Assembly (NCBI GenBank): GCA_044226015.1
Contig: JBGAHS010000009.1
Coordinates: 288,001-352,000, forward strand
Direction of reading: 5' to 3'
DNA from: Candidatus Obscuribacteraceae bacterium
Lineage (GTDB): Bacteria; Cyanobacteriota; Vampirovibrionia; Obscuribacterales; Obscuribacteraceae
Length of the DNA stretch: 64,000 bases
The notes below the pieces were generated by a model. The model saw only the letters and a program-made list of their open reading frames with translations. It was not told the origin of the DNA and did no database searches. The position numbers were made by a program, and so were the translations under genes. Positions within the stretch are counted from its first letter, which is position 1. Each line of letters begins with the position of its first letter. Of the stretch, positions 9,401 to 17,795 are shown one piece after another.

Positions 9401-12400
9401 GGTACACGTGAAGGCTGTGTTTGTGAATCCCTGTCCGTCGGTACCGGTTGAGGCTGTGTCTGTGAATCCCTGTCCGTCGGTACCGGTTGAGGCTGTGTCT
9501 GTGAATCCCTGTCCGTTGGTAGATGTGTAGGCTGCGTTTGTGTATCCCTGTCCGTTGGTACACGTGAAGGCTGTGTTTGTGAATCCCTGTCCGTCGGTAC
9601 ATGTGGAGGCTGTGTTTGAGTATCCCTGTCCGTACCATGAAATGGAATCGGCAACTCTTTGGGTTCGGGACCATGTATAGGTGGCGGCAAATCTCTGTTG
9701 TCTGGACCATGAGTCGGTACGGGCATGTCTCTTCTATCGGGCAATTGACGCGGTACCGGTAGCTCTATTCTGTCTGGTCCAGTTCCGGTCTCAATAGGAC
9801 GACCAGCGCCTTGATGTGAGGCAGCCGTGTCTGTCTTGTCTGCTCCCTGCGGTGCTGGCAGCGGCAGATCCTGTACCTTCGTGCTCCATGAATCAAGACG
9901 CTCTGTTACTTGATGGGCACGTTCGCCATCAAGATTCTTGTGGGACTCTGGGTGTTCTGAAACACGTGGACTGAACGAACCCTCTTTTACTTCTTTTTGA
10001 ATGTGCTCTATAGGTAGCGATGATGCGCTGGGTTCGGCGATGAATTCTGTTCGGCTTATGATTCCATGCAGTTTTGCCTGATTGGAATTATCACCTGTTT
10101 TTTGATCAAGGTCGCTGCTCAACTTTAAGTCAGGTAGAGGTTTGCCATCAGCTCCTAACTTGATTTCCTGAGCTTTAGTGTCACTCTGTTTGGAGTCTTG
10201 TGTCGATTTTGATTCAGAACCGTGTTTATCAACGCCAGGTTTAGACTCTGAGCTGGATTTTTCACCTGTCTTGCCGTCGACAAGTCGAGGCTCTCCTGCT
10301 TTTGAATCTCCAGCCTTTGACTCGATTACTTTTCCTTCTGTAGTTGAGGCTGTTTTCGCATCAGTGTTCTTCTGCTCGCCTGGCAATTTTAGATCACTCT
10401 GATGTCCTTTGGTTTCACCAGATTTAGATTCAGGAGCAGATAATGTTCTTGAGTCAGTGCTTGCTTTGGCATCAATAAGCGTGCCGGTCTTAGGATCGAT
10501 CTGGGCACCGCTCTTAGGATCAAACTGAGCGCCGGTCTTAGGATCGATCTGGGCGCCGCTCTTAGAATCAATCTGAGCGCCGGTCTTAGGATCGATCTGA
10601 GCACCGCTCTTAGGATCAATCTGGGCACCGCTCTTAGGATCAAACTGAGCGCCGGTCTTAGGATCGATCTGAGCACCGCTCTTAGGATCAATCTGAGCAC
10701 CGCTCTTAGGATCCACCTGAGCGCCTGTCTTAGGATCTATCTGAGCGCCGGTCTTAGAATCAACCTGAGCACCAGTCTTAGGATCTATCTGAGCGCCTGT
10801 CTTAGGATCCACCTGAGCGCCTGTCTTAGGATCAACCTGAGCACCAGTCTTAGGATCTATCTGAGCGCCGGTCTTAGGATCCACCTGAGCACCAGTCTTA
10901 GGATCTATCTGAGCGCCTGTCTTAGGATCGATCTGAGCACCTGTCTTAGGATCAACCTGAGCACCAGTTTTGGGATCTACCGAATGTGATTTAGGATCAT
11001 TTGTGGCATTGGGATCGTTTGATTGAGCTGATTTAGGATCATTTGAAGCCGCTTTCGGATCTACCGGAAGACCTGTTTTTGGATCCGTTCCGGTAATTTG
11101 GACTGAAGGTAGATTTGCGGGACCGACTTGCTGATTACCAGTTGCAGCTGGTCCTTGTGGATCGTTTGTTGGCTTCTGTCCTGCTGTGTTAGATGTATTG
11201 CCTTGTCCTAGCTGACTCAGACCTATACCAGGATCTTTCGAGCCTGCTTTTCCTCCAAGATCTGATGGGATATCAGCTCCTTTTTCGGGTTTACCACTTG
11301 GCGTTTCATTTCGTCCTTGAATGATACCGCCTGTAGTGACTGCCCCAGAGCCTTTCTCCCCGAAACTAATGGGCTTTGTGCTACCGAGAGATTCTCCGGT
11401 TTGCATTCCAGATTTTTCTGGAATCACAATCTTGCTATCGCGAGCATTTGGCTCTGTGTTTTTTCCACTGAGGTCGATGACTACCCGGCTTCCATCATTC
11501 TTAAGACCGCCTTCAATCGGTTTTCCTGTCACAGGGTCTACCGATCTATCTTGAGCTGCTTTAAGAACTCCACCATCAACTTTGCCATCTGCTTTAGAAG
11601 TTTCAATTGGGCGACCTGATGCATCTAGTTTGCCAGCATCGATGTTTCTTGAGCTTTGATCAGCGAGTCTGCCGTCTTTTGCGTTCTGCTCAATGCCTTT
11701 ACCCTCAATAGTCTTGGCGTCGACAGTTTTCAAATCTCCTGTCTTAGCATCAACTTTGGCGTCTCCCAGTTTTGCTTCGCCAATGTGAGACTTCGCCTCT
11801 GAAAGAATCTTCCCGAGGTTTACGGGGTCGCTTGCCGCGCTGTCTCTGGCGCGTTGCTCGTCTTTTCCATGTATTTCCAATCCTGTTTTTGCATCAATGA
11901 GCTTGCCGTCTGCAGTCTTGATGACGTCAACGGTTTTGACACTGTCCACAGATTTATTTTGTTCGGTGACTTTGGCTGAGTCCGAAGTCTTTTGAGCGTC
12001 TTGTGTTTTTGCGTCGGTGCTTGTTGAAGTCTTAGGGTCCTGTGCTTGTCCCTTGTTTTGCTCTTGAGATTTGGCAGGGTCTTGAATCTTCGATTCAGGC
12101 TGAACTTTTACATCGCCCTCAATTTTATTCTCTTGTTTGGGCAATGTGTCATTGGTTTGCTTGGGCTGTTCTGGCTTGTATTCTTGTTTTGATTGTTCTT
12201 GCCGAATTTGCTCTTGTTTTACTTCCTGTCTTACCTGCTCATGCCTTACCTGCTCTTGCCTTGCTTCTACCGCTTTTGCTTCCGCCATTTTTAAGGCAAT
12301 TTCGAAGGCTTTAATGTAGTCCAAGTTCTGGGAACCGCCACCATCTTTTCCTCCGCCGGTGGGTGGATTGGTTGTGCCCGTTGGCGTCGTTGTTGTTGTT

Positions 12401-15400
12401 GTCGTCGTGGTCGTCGTCGTCGTCGTTGTGGTCGTCGTAGTTGTAGAGCCGCCTTCCGCTTCTTTTCTCCTTTTTTCTTCTTGCCGTCTCTCTTCTGCAA
12501 TAGCCTGCTGAATGATTGATTCTGAAATAGAGCGACTCAAAACGATTGGAGGATCAGATTTTGGATCTTTGCCATCGCCGCTCACGGGTGGTAATTGTCC
12601 GCCAGGTAATTGTCCACCAGTTGCGGGCACGGGAGTTGCAGGTGCAGGATTCGGATTCGGATTCGGATTCGGATTAGGGCTTGGAGATGGAGTCGCTAAG
12701 CGCCCTTCTTCAGTGGTTTTGGCAGGGTCTTTGACTATGGGGTTGCCTGCCGGGTCCTTGATTACAATGGGGTTGCCTGCCGGGTCTTTAACAACGGGAT
12801 CTTTACCGGGTTCAATTTTTACAACTCCGCTCGGTTTTAATATCGAAGTACCGGTAGGTTCAGGAGTTACAATCGGCACATCAGATCCCTTCGGACCTGG
12901 CACCACCTTTTCACCTGGTAATCCCGGCACAGCCGGCACTGGGTTTTGCGCACCAGGAACCTGGTTTTGTGCTTTGTCACCGGGAACGTCTGGCTTTTGT
13001 CCTGTCTTGTCACCGCCCGGAGATTGAGGCGTCACTGAATCAGGTGATTTCTGATTTCTCCAGCCACCAATATTGATATCATCAACTCTATGTCCTAATC
13101 CACCCGGAACAGGATCAGCAGGCTTTGCCTGAGGATCGGCTTGCTTTTGCGGGTCTGCAGGCTTTTGCTGAACAGTGTCTGGTGGCTTTGATGGATCGGG
13201 GATTTTTGCCGGGTCAGATTTGCCAGGTTCAACTTTTGCCGGATCAACTTTTGGATCTTCAGATTTGCTGCCACCTGTACTCTGTTCTGAATTTCCTTGT
13301 TTCTGTTCTTGTTTTGGTGCTTGAGTATTTCCGTCGCCTGTCGGAGGTGGCGCTTGCTCTGCTTTCTGTGTCCACGTGCGCGCAGCTGCTAGTTGCTGAA
13401 TCTCCTTAAATTGCGGGTTTTGCTCCTGAAGTTCTCTATAGAAATTTGCTGAGCTGAGATCTCTGTCTTTACCTCTTTGCGCTATCATGCGAGAGAATTG
13501 AGCTGCTGAATCTCTATCTGATACCAGATAATCAGCTATAGCTTTTTTGTCTTGGGATGATAGCTGTTTATACAGTTCGTCTCTTGATGATTTAGTATCT
13601 GCTTTAGATAGTTTTTGGTAGAAGTCATCGTAGACTTCCTTTTGTGTTCGCTGTTGCTCTTGTTGTTTAGCACCGCTTTGCTGAGGCTGTTCTTGCTTGC
13701 CTTCGTTCTTCGCACCTTGCTCAATTGATCCGGTTTTGCTGCCTTGTTCTTCGCTACCTTTGGGCGCGGAGTTGCCGCCTTGCTCTCCTTTTGCCGGTTC
13801 GTTTTTGCCGCCTTCTGTTTTTCCGCCGGCTTCGCCTGTTTTGTTTTCTTTATTGCCGGTCTCTCCAGGTCGAGGTGCCGGTACTGGCTCACCAGTGGAG
13901 CCAGTATCACCCTTGGTGCCAGTCGATTCCAACGTTGGGTTTTTGTATGGAACACGGATAGCACCATTTAAGTCAGCGCTATTGGCATCGATAGCTGGGG
14001 CTCCAGCTTGCTTATTATGATATTCGGTATATGCTCGCTTCTCATCTGCACTTGCTGTTGCAAGCCAAGCATCTAAAGCCGAAGATGAACCATTGCTAGT
14101 TTTATCACGAAGTCTATCTACAAAACTATAATCCTTCGCTTCTGTAGCTGCTTTGTACGCTTTGTAGGCTGCCCACTGTTCTTTGCTTGCATTTGCCTGG
14201 AAGTTATTCCAGTTTCGATCGTTTACACGATCAATCATGCTCCAGTCGCCAGCGTCGGTTCTTTCTTTGAAAACTTTGTATCCGTTGGCGATATCAGACC
14301 AGTAATCTTTCGTGCCAGCTCGATACTCTGCTAGCCCGTCATCGGCAGTATTTTTCGGATCGAGCTTGTTCATTCTGGCGAACCAGTCGTCTTGAGTTTC
14401 TTTTGAATAGCGAGAAACGAAACTGAGGTCACCTTCATTTATTCTGTCAATGAAGTCCTTCAGATGACGGCGATCTTCAACTGATGCGTGAGCCTTCCAT
14501 GCGTCATAGTGCTCTTTGTCGAGCAGATAGATATGACTGTAATCACCGGCAGCCACTCTTTCTTGATAGGCATGGTATGAAGCAGCTTCTGCTTTGATAA
14601 GAGGGTCATTAGAATCCTTATATTTTGCAAGAAGTTCGTCTCTCTCTCTTTCTGGAAGACGATTTACAAAACCAAAGTCACCAACAGCCATTTTGAGCTG
14701 CCAGGTTTTATAAATGTCTTTTTCAGTTGGATGACTGTCTAGCCATGCTTGCTTTTCGCCTTTAGACAAAGTGTCAAGGCGCCGAAAATCATCAATATGT
14801 TCTCTGTAGGACTTTAGTTCCTCTGAATATGATTTGAAGTCGGCAGCAACGTTGACTGAAACTTCCTTGCCTTTACTATCAACTCCAAATCGAATGGTGC
14901 CGATGTCTTTTGGCCAGTCTTCTCTGGCTTTATCACGGAGACTTGTAATTTTGTCGGATAGTTCTTTGTCACTAGCGGTTGTCGGCAATTGATATTGCTC
15001 TTTCAAATTGCGTGACATTTCAGCACTGAAAGGAGGTGAAGGATATTTCTTTGACAGATAATCTTCGACGAAACCATAATTTCCAGACTCGACTTTAGAT
15101 CGAAACTCACGCAGTGCCTTGCGGTCTTCGTCAGAAGCGTTCTCCCACCATTTCCGTTGCATCGCTTCGCTTTGTTTTGTTACGAAGCTATAGTCGCCGG
15201 CTTCTTTTCTTTCCTGATAATCTTGGTATTTTTGTCTTTGCTCATCAGTAAATCTTGCTGGATTGAAGATGTTTTCGCGATTGCTACCATGCAATTTTTC
15301 AATGAACGAAAAGTCTCCAGCTTTCATGCGCTGTTGAAATTCGTTGAAAGCTTCTCTGTCCTGTCTGCTTGCATTTTTCCAGAAGGAACCTAAGTTGTCG

Positions 15401-17280
15401 TCATTGATGAAGCTATAGTCACCAGCGGCTTTGGCATCATTGTATTTTTCATACATGTTGAGCTGTGCATCGCTTGCGTTTTCCAACCATTTACGAAGCT
15501 GGTTGCTGTCCATTTTATCGACGTAATCTAGATAGCCAGATTTGTCATTGAGAACGAAGTTGTTGTAAGCGCTCAACTTTTCTGCAACTGTATTGCCGGC
15601 GGCACCATCCTTGCTGCGCAGAAATGCTGCCATGTAGGCATCGTCCGGATTCTTGCCCTTTAGTTCCAGGAGAATCTGCTTGTCCTCTGCCGAAAGCTTT
15701 GGATCTTCAAGAGTTTTCTTTAGCAAGTCTTCGCGCTGTTCTTTTCTTAAAGCTTCAAATTGTGAGCGAGTTTTTCCATAGTCTCCGAGTTCCAGGCGAT
15801 CTTTTTCAGTCAGCCTTTCAATCGGCGGTAATTTTTCAGCACTTTTTTCCAGAGCACCATCTGTGCGCCCGTTATCTCTTGCTACCTTGTCTTGCAAGTA
15901 CTCTTTCTGAGCTGCTGACCAGGGGTTCTCTTTGCTGGCGCGAGCATCAGATGCTTTGTCCCACCAGGCGTCTTTGTTTTGTTCAGTGGACTTCTGGATG
16001 CTATCGAAAAATGCTTTCTTTTGTTCTGCTGAAGCGTGCTTAAACCAATCGCTAGCCTCTTCTTTTGAACCTTTGAGCTGTTTGTCTAAAAGTGCTTTTC
16101 CATATGCTTCGCGGTCTTCTGCGGAGGCAGATTTTAGCCATATATCCAGAGTCTTGTTTGGCAACTGCATGTTTGCAATAGATTCATAGTTGCCAGAATC
16201 TTTAGCTTTCTCTAGTGCTTTTCTAGTTCGATTGTACTGCTCTAGACCTCGAAGCTGGTCGGAGTTTAGGTTGTCGTAGACATATTTGAAATCACCTTTT
16301 CGCGCAGGGTCTTTTGAGTCTTCTGCTCCAATTTTATCGAATACGCTGTAATCGCCTTTGCCTATGGCGTCATGATAGCTTCTGTATGCAGCCAATTGAT
16401 CGGGCGTAGCTGTAGCCATCCATGCGCGCTGCTGTGCCGCGTTCATTTGATCTACCTGCCCGAAATATCCGGTTTTGGTCAATTCCTGGTAGCGCGCATA
16501 GTCATCTTTTAGCTTCGCATTTCTGCCTTCGTTGCCTTTGAAAAATTCCTCACGTTTTTCAGGTGTCATTCGATCGAGAAATGCATAATCATGCATCTCT
16601 ACCATTTCTCGTTGTTCGCGCCAGTCTAGTTCTCCGCGCACTGGTCCAGCTACAAGAGACGCAATTCGAGGTTTGAAACTTCCTTCTTCCGGCGCTGCAT
16701 CTATCGCACCGCTATTGGTGCCATCTGTTTTCGGGGAACTATCACCCATGATGCTTGCGTAAAGTCCTGCAACCTTGTCAATGACACCCATCGTTGTGTC
16801 TGCAATTTTGTTGCCCTGATTTTTCAAGCGCTCTGTGGCTTCTGCGCTTGTACGACTGGATCTGTAAGGCGCTCCATCTACCTGACCCTCTGCGTCAATA
16901 GTATCTACAGAAGGTAGTTGCGCTGCCAACAGACCCTGAGCGGGTTTCTTAGCCGGTTTTTCTGTGTGGTCGGTCGGGTCGGACGAGCCAAATCTGCGTC
17001 CAATTTGACAATGTTTCAAAAAACTTGCGATTGCTAAATCATCAGCGGATTCTTCAAAATATGTACCAGAAGCCTTCTTTGGCTTTTCGCTTCCAGCAGC
17101 AGGAGCGGCTTCTGCACCAACAACAGGAACCTCTGGAAGCTTGCTGGTGTCAGTCTTTGGCTTCGCGAGGTCTTTGTTCACATCTGGGTTCGACAGATCT
17201 ACGTCGAATTTTGGTGCCTCTTGTTCCGGCTGTTTCTTTCCCACTTGTGACTCTGCTGAGTCGTTTTGTTTGTCTGTCAT
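6415..17280 (-). CDS. Giant 3621-aa repeat protein with C-terminal LysM-like domains and a zinc ribbon
   Basis: Intact ORF. It has N-terminal helical repeats (GDYSF...W...AS.E.R.AY), Pro/Gly/Thr-rich linkers and two LysM-like motifs (YVVATGDTLESIAQKKL..IYEINK; YLCRLGDTLRGIAMRH..IAELNG). A CPQC-x10-CASC zinc ribbon and a globular C-terminal domain follow. No Sec signal peptide is visible. Confidence 0.9.
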   Translation of the reverse strand: MTDKQNDSAESQVGKKQPEQEAPKFDVDLSNPDVNKDLAKPKTDTSKLPEVPVVGAEAAPAAGSEKPKKASGTYFEESADDLAIASFLKHCQIGRRFGSSDPTDHTEKPAKKPAQGLLAAQLPSVDTIDAEGQVDGAPYRSSRTSAEATERLKNQGNKIADTTMGVIDKVAGLYASIMGDSSPKTDGTNSGAIDAAPEEGSFKPRIASLVAGPVRGELDWREQREMVEMHDYAFLDRMTPEKREEFFKGNEGRNAKLKDDYARYQELTKTGYFGQVDQMNAAQQRAWMATATPDQLAAYRSYHDAIGKGDYSVFDKIGAEDSKDPARKGDFKYVYDNLNSDQLRGLEQYNRTRKALEKAKDSGNYESIANMQLPNKTLDIWLKSASAEDREAYGKALLDKQLKGSKEEASDWFKHASAEQKKAFFDSIQKSTEQNKDAWWDKASDARASKENPWSAAQKEYLQDKVARDNGRTDGALEKSAEKLPPIERLTEKDRLELGDYGKTRSQFEALRKEQREDLLKKTLEDPKLSAEDKQILLELKGKNPDDAYMAAFLRSKDGAAGNTVAEKLSAYNNFVLNDKSGYLDYVDKMDSNQLRKWLENASDAQLNMYEKYNDAKAAGDYSFINDDNLGSFWKNASRQDREAFNEFQQRMKAGDFSFIEKLHGSNRENIFNPARFTDEQRQKYQDYQERKEAGDYSFVTKQSEAMQRKWWENASDEDRKALREFRSKVESGNYGFVEDYLSKKYPSPPFSAEMSRNLKEQYQLPTTASDKELSDKITSLRDKAREDWPKDIGTIRFGVDSKGKEVSVNVAADFKSYSEELKSYREHIDDFRRLDTLSKGEKQAWLDSHPTEKDIYKTWQLKMAVGDFGFVNRLPERERDELLAKYKDSNDPLIKAEAASYHAYQERVAAGDYSHIYLLDKEHYDAWKAHASVEDRRHLKDFIDRINEGDLSFVSRYSKETQDDWFARMNKLDPKNTADDGLAEYRAGTKDYWSDIANGYKVFKERTDAGDWSMIDRVNDRNWNNFQANASKEQWAAYKAYKAATEAKDYSFVDRLRDKTSNGSSSALDAWLATASADEKRAYTEYHNKQAGAPAIDANSADLNGAIRVPYKNPTLESTGTKGDTGSTGEPVPAPRPGETGNKENKTGEAGGKTEGGKNEPAKGEQGGNSAPKGSEEQGSKTGSIEQGAKNEGKQEQPQQSGAKQQEQQRTQKEVYDDFYQKLSKADTKSSRDELYKQLSSQDKKAIADYLVSDRDSAAQFSRMIAQRGKDRDLSSANFYRELQEQNPQFKEIQQLAAARTWTQKAEQAPPPTGDGNTQAPKQEQKQGNSEQSTGGSKSEDPKVDPAKVEPGKSDPAKIPDPSKPPDTVQQKPADPQKQADPQAKPADPVPGGLGHRVDDINIGGWRNQKSPDSVTPQSPGGDKTGQKPDVPGDKAQNQVPGAQNPVPAVPGLPGEKVVPGPKGSDVPIVTPEPTGTSILKPSGVVKIEPGKDPVVKDPAGNPIVIKDPAGNPIVKDPAKTTEEGRLATPSPSPNPNPNPNPNPAPATPVPATGGQLPGGQLPPVSGDGKDPKSDPPIVLSRSISESIIQQAIAEERRQEEKRRKEAEGGSTTTTTTTTTTTTTTTTTTTTPTGTTNPPTGGGKDGGGSQNLDYIKAFEIALKMAEAKAVEARQEQVRHEQVRQEVKQEQIRQEQSKQEYKPEQPKQTNDTLPKQENKIEGDVKVQPESKIQDPAKSQEQNKGQAQDPKTSTSTDAKTQDAQKTSDSAKVTEQNKSVDSVKTVDVIKTADGKLIDAKTGLEIHGKDEQRARDSAASDPVNLGKILSEAKSHIGEAKLGDAKVDAKTGDLKTVDAKTIEGKGIEQNAKDGRLADQSSRNIDAGKLDASGRPIETSKADGKVDGGVLKAAQDRSVDPVTGKPIEGGLKNDGSRVVIDLSGKNTEPNARDSKIVIPEKSGMQTGESLGSTKPISFGEKGSGAVTTGGIIQGRNETPSGKPEKGADIPSDLGGKAGSKDPGIGLSQLGQGNTSNTAGQKPTNDPQGPAATGNQQVGPANLPSVQITGTDPKTGLPVDPKAASNDPKSAQSNDPNATNDPKSHSVDPKTGAQVDPKTGAQIDPKTGAQIDPKTGAQVDPKTGAQIDPKTGAQVDPKTGAQVDPKTGAQIDPKTGAQVDSKTGAQIDPKTGAQVDPKSGAQIDPKSGAQIDPKTGAQFDPKSGAQIDPKSGAQIDPKTGAQIDSKSGAQIDPKTGAQFDPKSGAQIDPKTGTLIDAKASTDSRTLSAPESKSGETKGHQSDLKLPGEQKNTDAKTASTTEGKVIESKAGDSKAGEPRLVDGKTGEKSSSESKPGVDKHGSESKSTQDSKQSDTKAQEIKLGADGKPLPDLKLSSDLDQKTGDNSNQAKLHGIISRTEFIAEPSASSLPIEHIQKEVKEGSFSPRVSEHPESHKNLDGERAHQVTERLDSWSTKVQDLPLPAPQGADKTDTAASHQGAGRPIETGTGPDRIELPVPRQLPDRRDMPVPTHGPDNRDLPPPIHGPEPKELPIPFHGTDRDTQTQPPHVPTDRDSQTQPSRVPTDRDTQTQPTHLPTDRDSQTQPQPVPTDRDSQTQPQPVPTDRDSQTQPSRVPTERDTQTQPTHLPTDRDTQTQPPQVPTDRDTQTQAPQVPTDRDTQTHPTRVPTDRDPHVPTDKDTQTQPQHGPVDRDTDRTPPTPGPTTNDGEQTVPKPDGRPKPPEHPLPDREHHPQQGPDSTPIDKDKTHEPIDLPIPIEKPVNPDIPATSSNHNDESKTPLPGMPVPPEHPPTSLPPQEIPISNQGGHGTNSGTEPGKLEQSPTQSPSSQGLPNTQPAETSTRTDGSHLQTDLEERHTRSHRDDADAAQHEQSQHPTQQAQHPTSEFIVESLLEQFRHQPPHAIPQGGHQAEQAQHGQAENMPLTSAEQIATNLNLIKQLEADQNAISRSEDKHIDVIEQSSQASFQIQNFIAPLIDPVIQRSDFDAPSAHLPIANDAPPLSGSVQEAISHIPPSIKQDLPNTIADALAPMIAENSPAISPIAGEIVNGLVTGNMHGEGTISGAADEISSAGSFINLGEQVAEVISNPSFAEQISALNVADPNQLVEKLEDLDQAMRTQKAKDLETEKDRKEQEDRLREEEAKRYAAAMLAALKARQAQEEANRIKAQKDLLNLERRQNYVVATGDTLESIAQKKLFNKKLAVLIYEINKSRIPVTVRDEKRYLQLKPKLILQLPSQMEVKRFQTRWFGTQQENFEYDFDFEEKPSAKAASVPKQFSIAEQKRKANVEAALGKLPEQEVDDGRIRYLCRLGDTLRGIAMRHPAIKDATLWKLIAELNGLSTEIDMGGNPVAELERGATLILPLPQEIAAFREKQKKISLSLPKPDLANKKKCPQCSRMCRINSPICASCNYEFDGSPKTGQTSSAPIQLAPPVISERIEEDELPAVDDSEDSQYITHSRIFAGARDYLAQAKNTRQTFDEAQTPKSGPSSSPLSQELADDTGSGDRRLTSRENRNQIKDLSNDCRLVSFNNTDGQAGFKLRLEYRRNEYWLPVVLYEVGQDSSLRHEYKMDGTKDTKSIQLPLAQCRQLANNDLNKNWQKYLKVFLQSVSA
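9166..9633 (-). repeat. Intragenic 39-bp (13-aa) tandem repeat, ~12 copies, consensus TDRD(T/S)QTQPxxVP
   Basis: Read directly in the DNA and in the translation of the 3621-aa ORF. Confidence 0.9.
10474..10977 (-). repeat. Intragenic 24-bp (8-aa) tandem repeat, 21 copies, consensus DPK(T/S)GAQ(I/V/F)
   Basis: Counted in the translation. Variation is mostly at synonymous positions. Confidence 0.95.
12385..12444 (-). repeat. Poly-threonine tract (20 Thr) in the 3621-aa protein
   Basis: 60 nt of mixed ACA/ACG/ACC/ACT codons. Confidence 0.9.
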
Positions 17281-17431
17281 ATATCATCCAGTGTGCTCGC
17301 CGCTGCGGAATGCACGGCACGGTTGTACGACACCGTCAGACTTCCTTGAACACGTGGGTGGCATGCCAGGAGCTTCCGATAGGGGCACCCGCAGGCGCCT
17401 GTAGTAATTTTTCCACCACCTTAATATGCAA

Positions 17432-17461
17432 TAACATCAATCAGGTTAATTATGATGTCAA
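17432..17461 (-). promoter_or_regulatory. Candidate promoter/operator for the 3621-aa gene
   Basis: Perfect TTGACA (17461-17456) overlaps an inverted repeat ACATCA-N13-TGATGT. The -10 match is poor (GATGTT/TGTTAT). Confidence 0.35.
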
Positions 17462-17795
17462 GCGGAGCGCCAATCTCAGCCATTTCTAGGATGCAGGAAT
17501 GATCACTCGTTTTTCGGGGTGTCCAAAACAAGTGAGCTCTCAGCGCCTTTTCCGGTAGGAGTCTTTCCTGCTACTCCAGCCTTTGACGCTGCTAAATTGT
17601 CTGTCTTCTGCTTAACGGAGGTCTCAAATGAGTCCCTGCACCAACGCAAGCTAAAAAATGATACGTTACTAATGGAGTATTGTCAATATTTATGGCAACG
17701 AATTGGAAAAATCCGTGTAGTGGCGGCTATCCTTGCGTTGCAAGAACTGTTAGTCTCTTTTAGCTCCTCGTTTGCAGGATAATTCTGTCAGTCTG

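Noticed and set aside
6511..17489. Short ORFs overlapping the 3621-aa gene, including repetitive ones at 8994-9710 and 10389-10700
   Set aside because: They are alternate-frame readings of low-complexity and tandem-repeat coding sequence.
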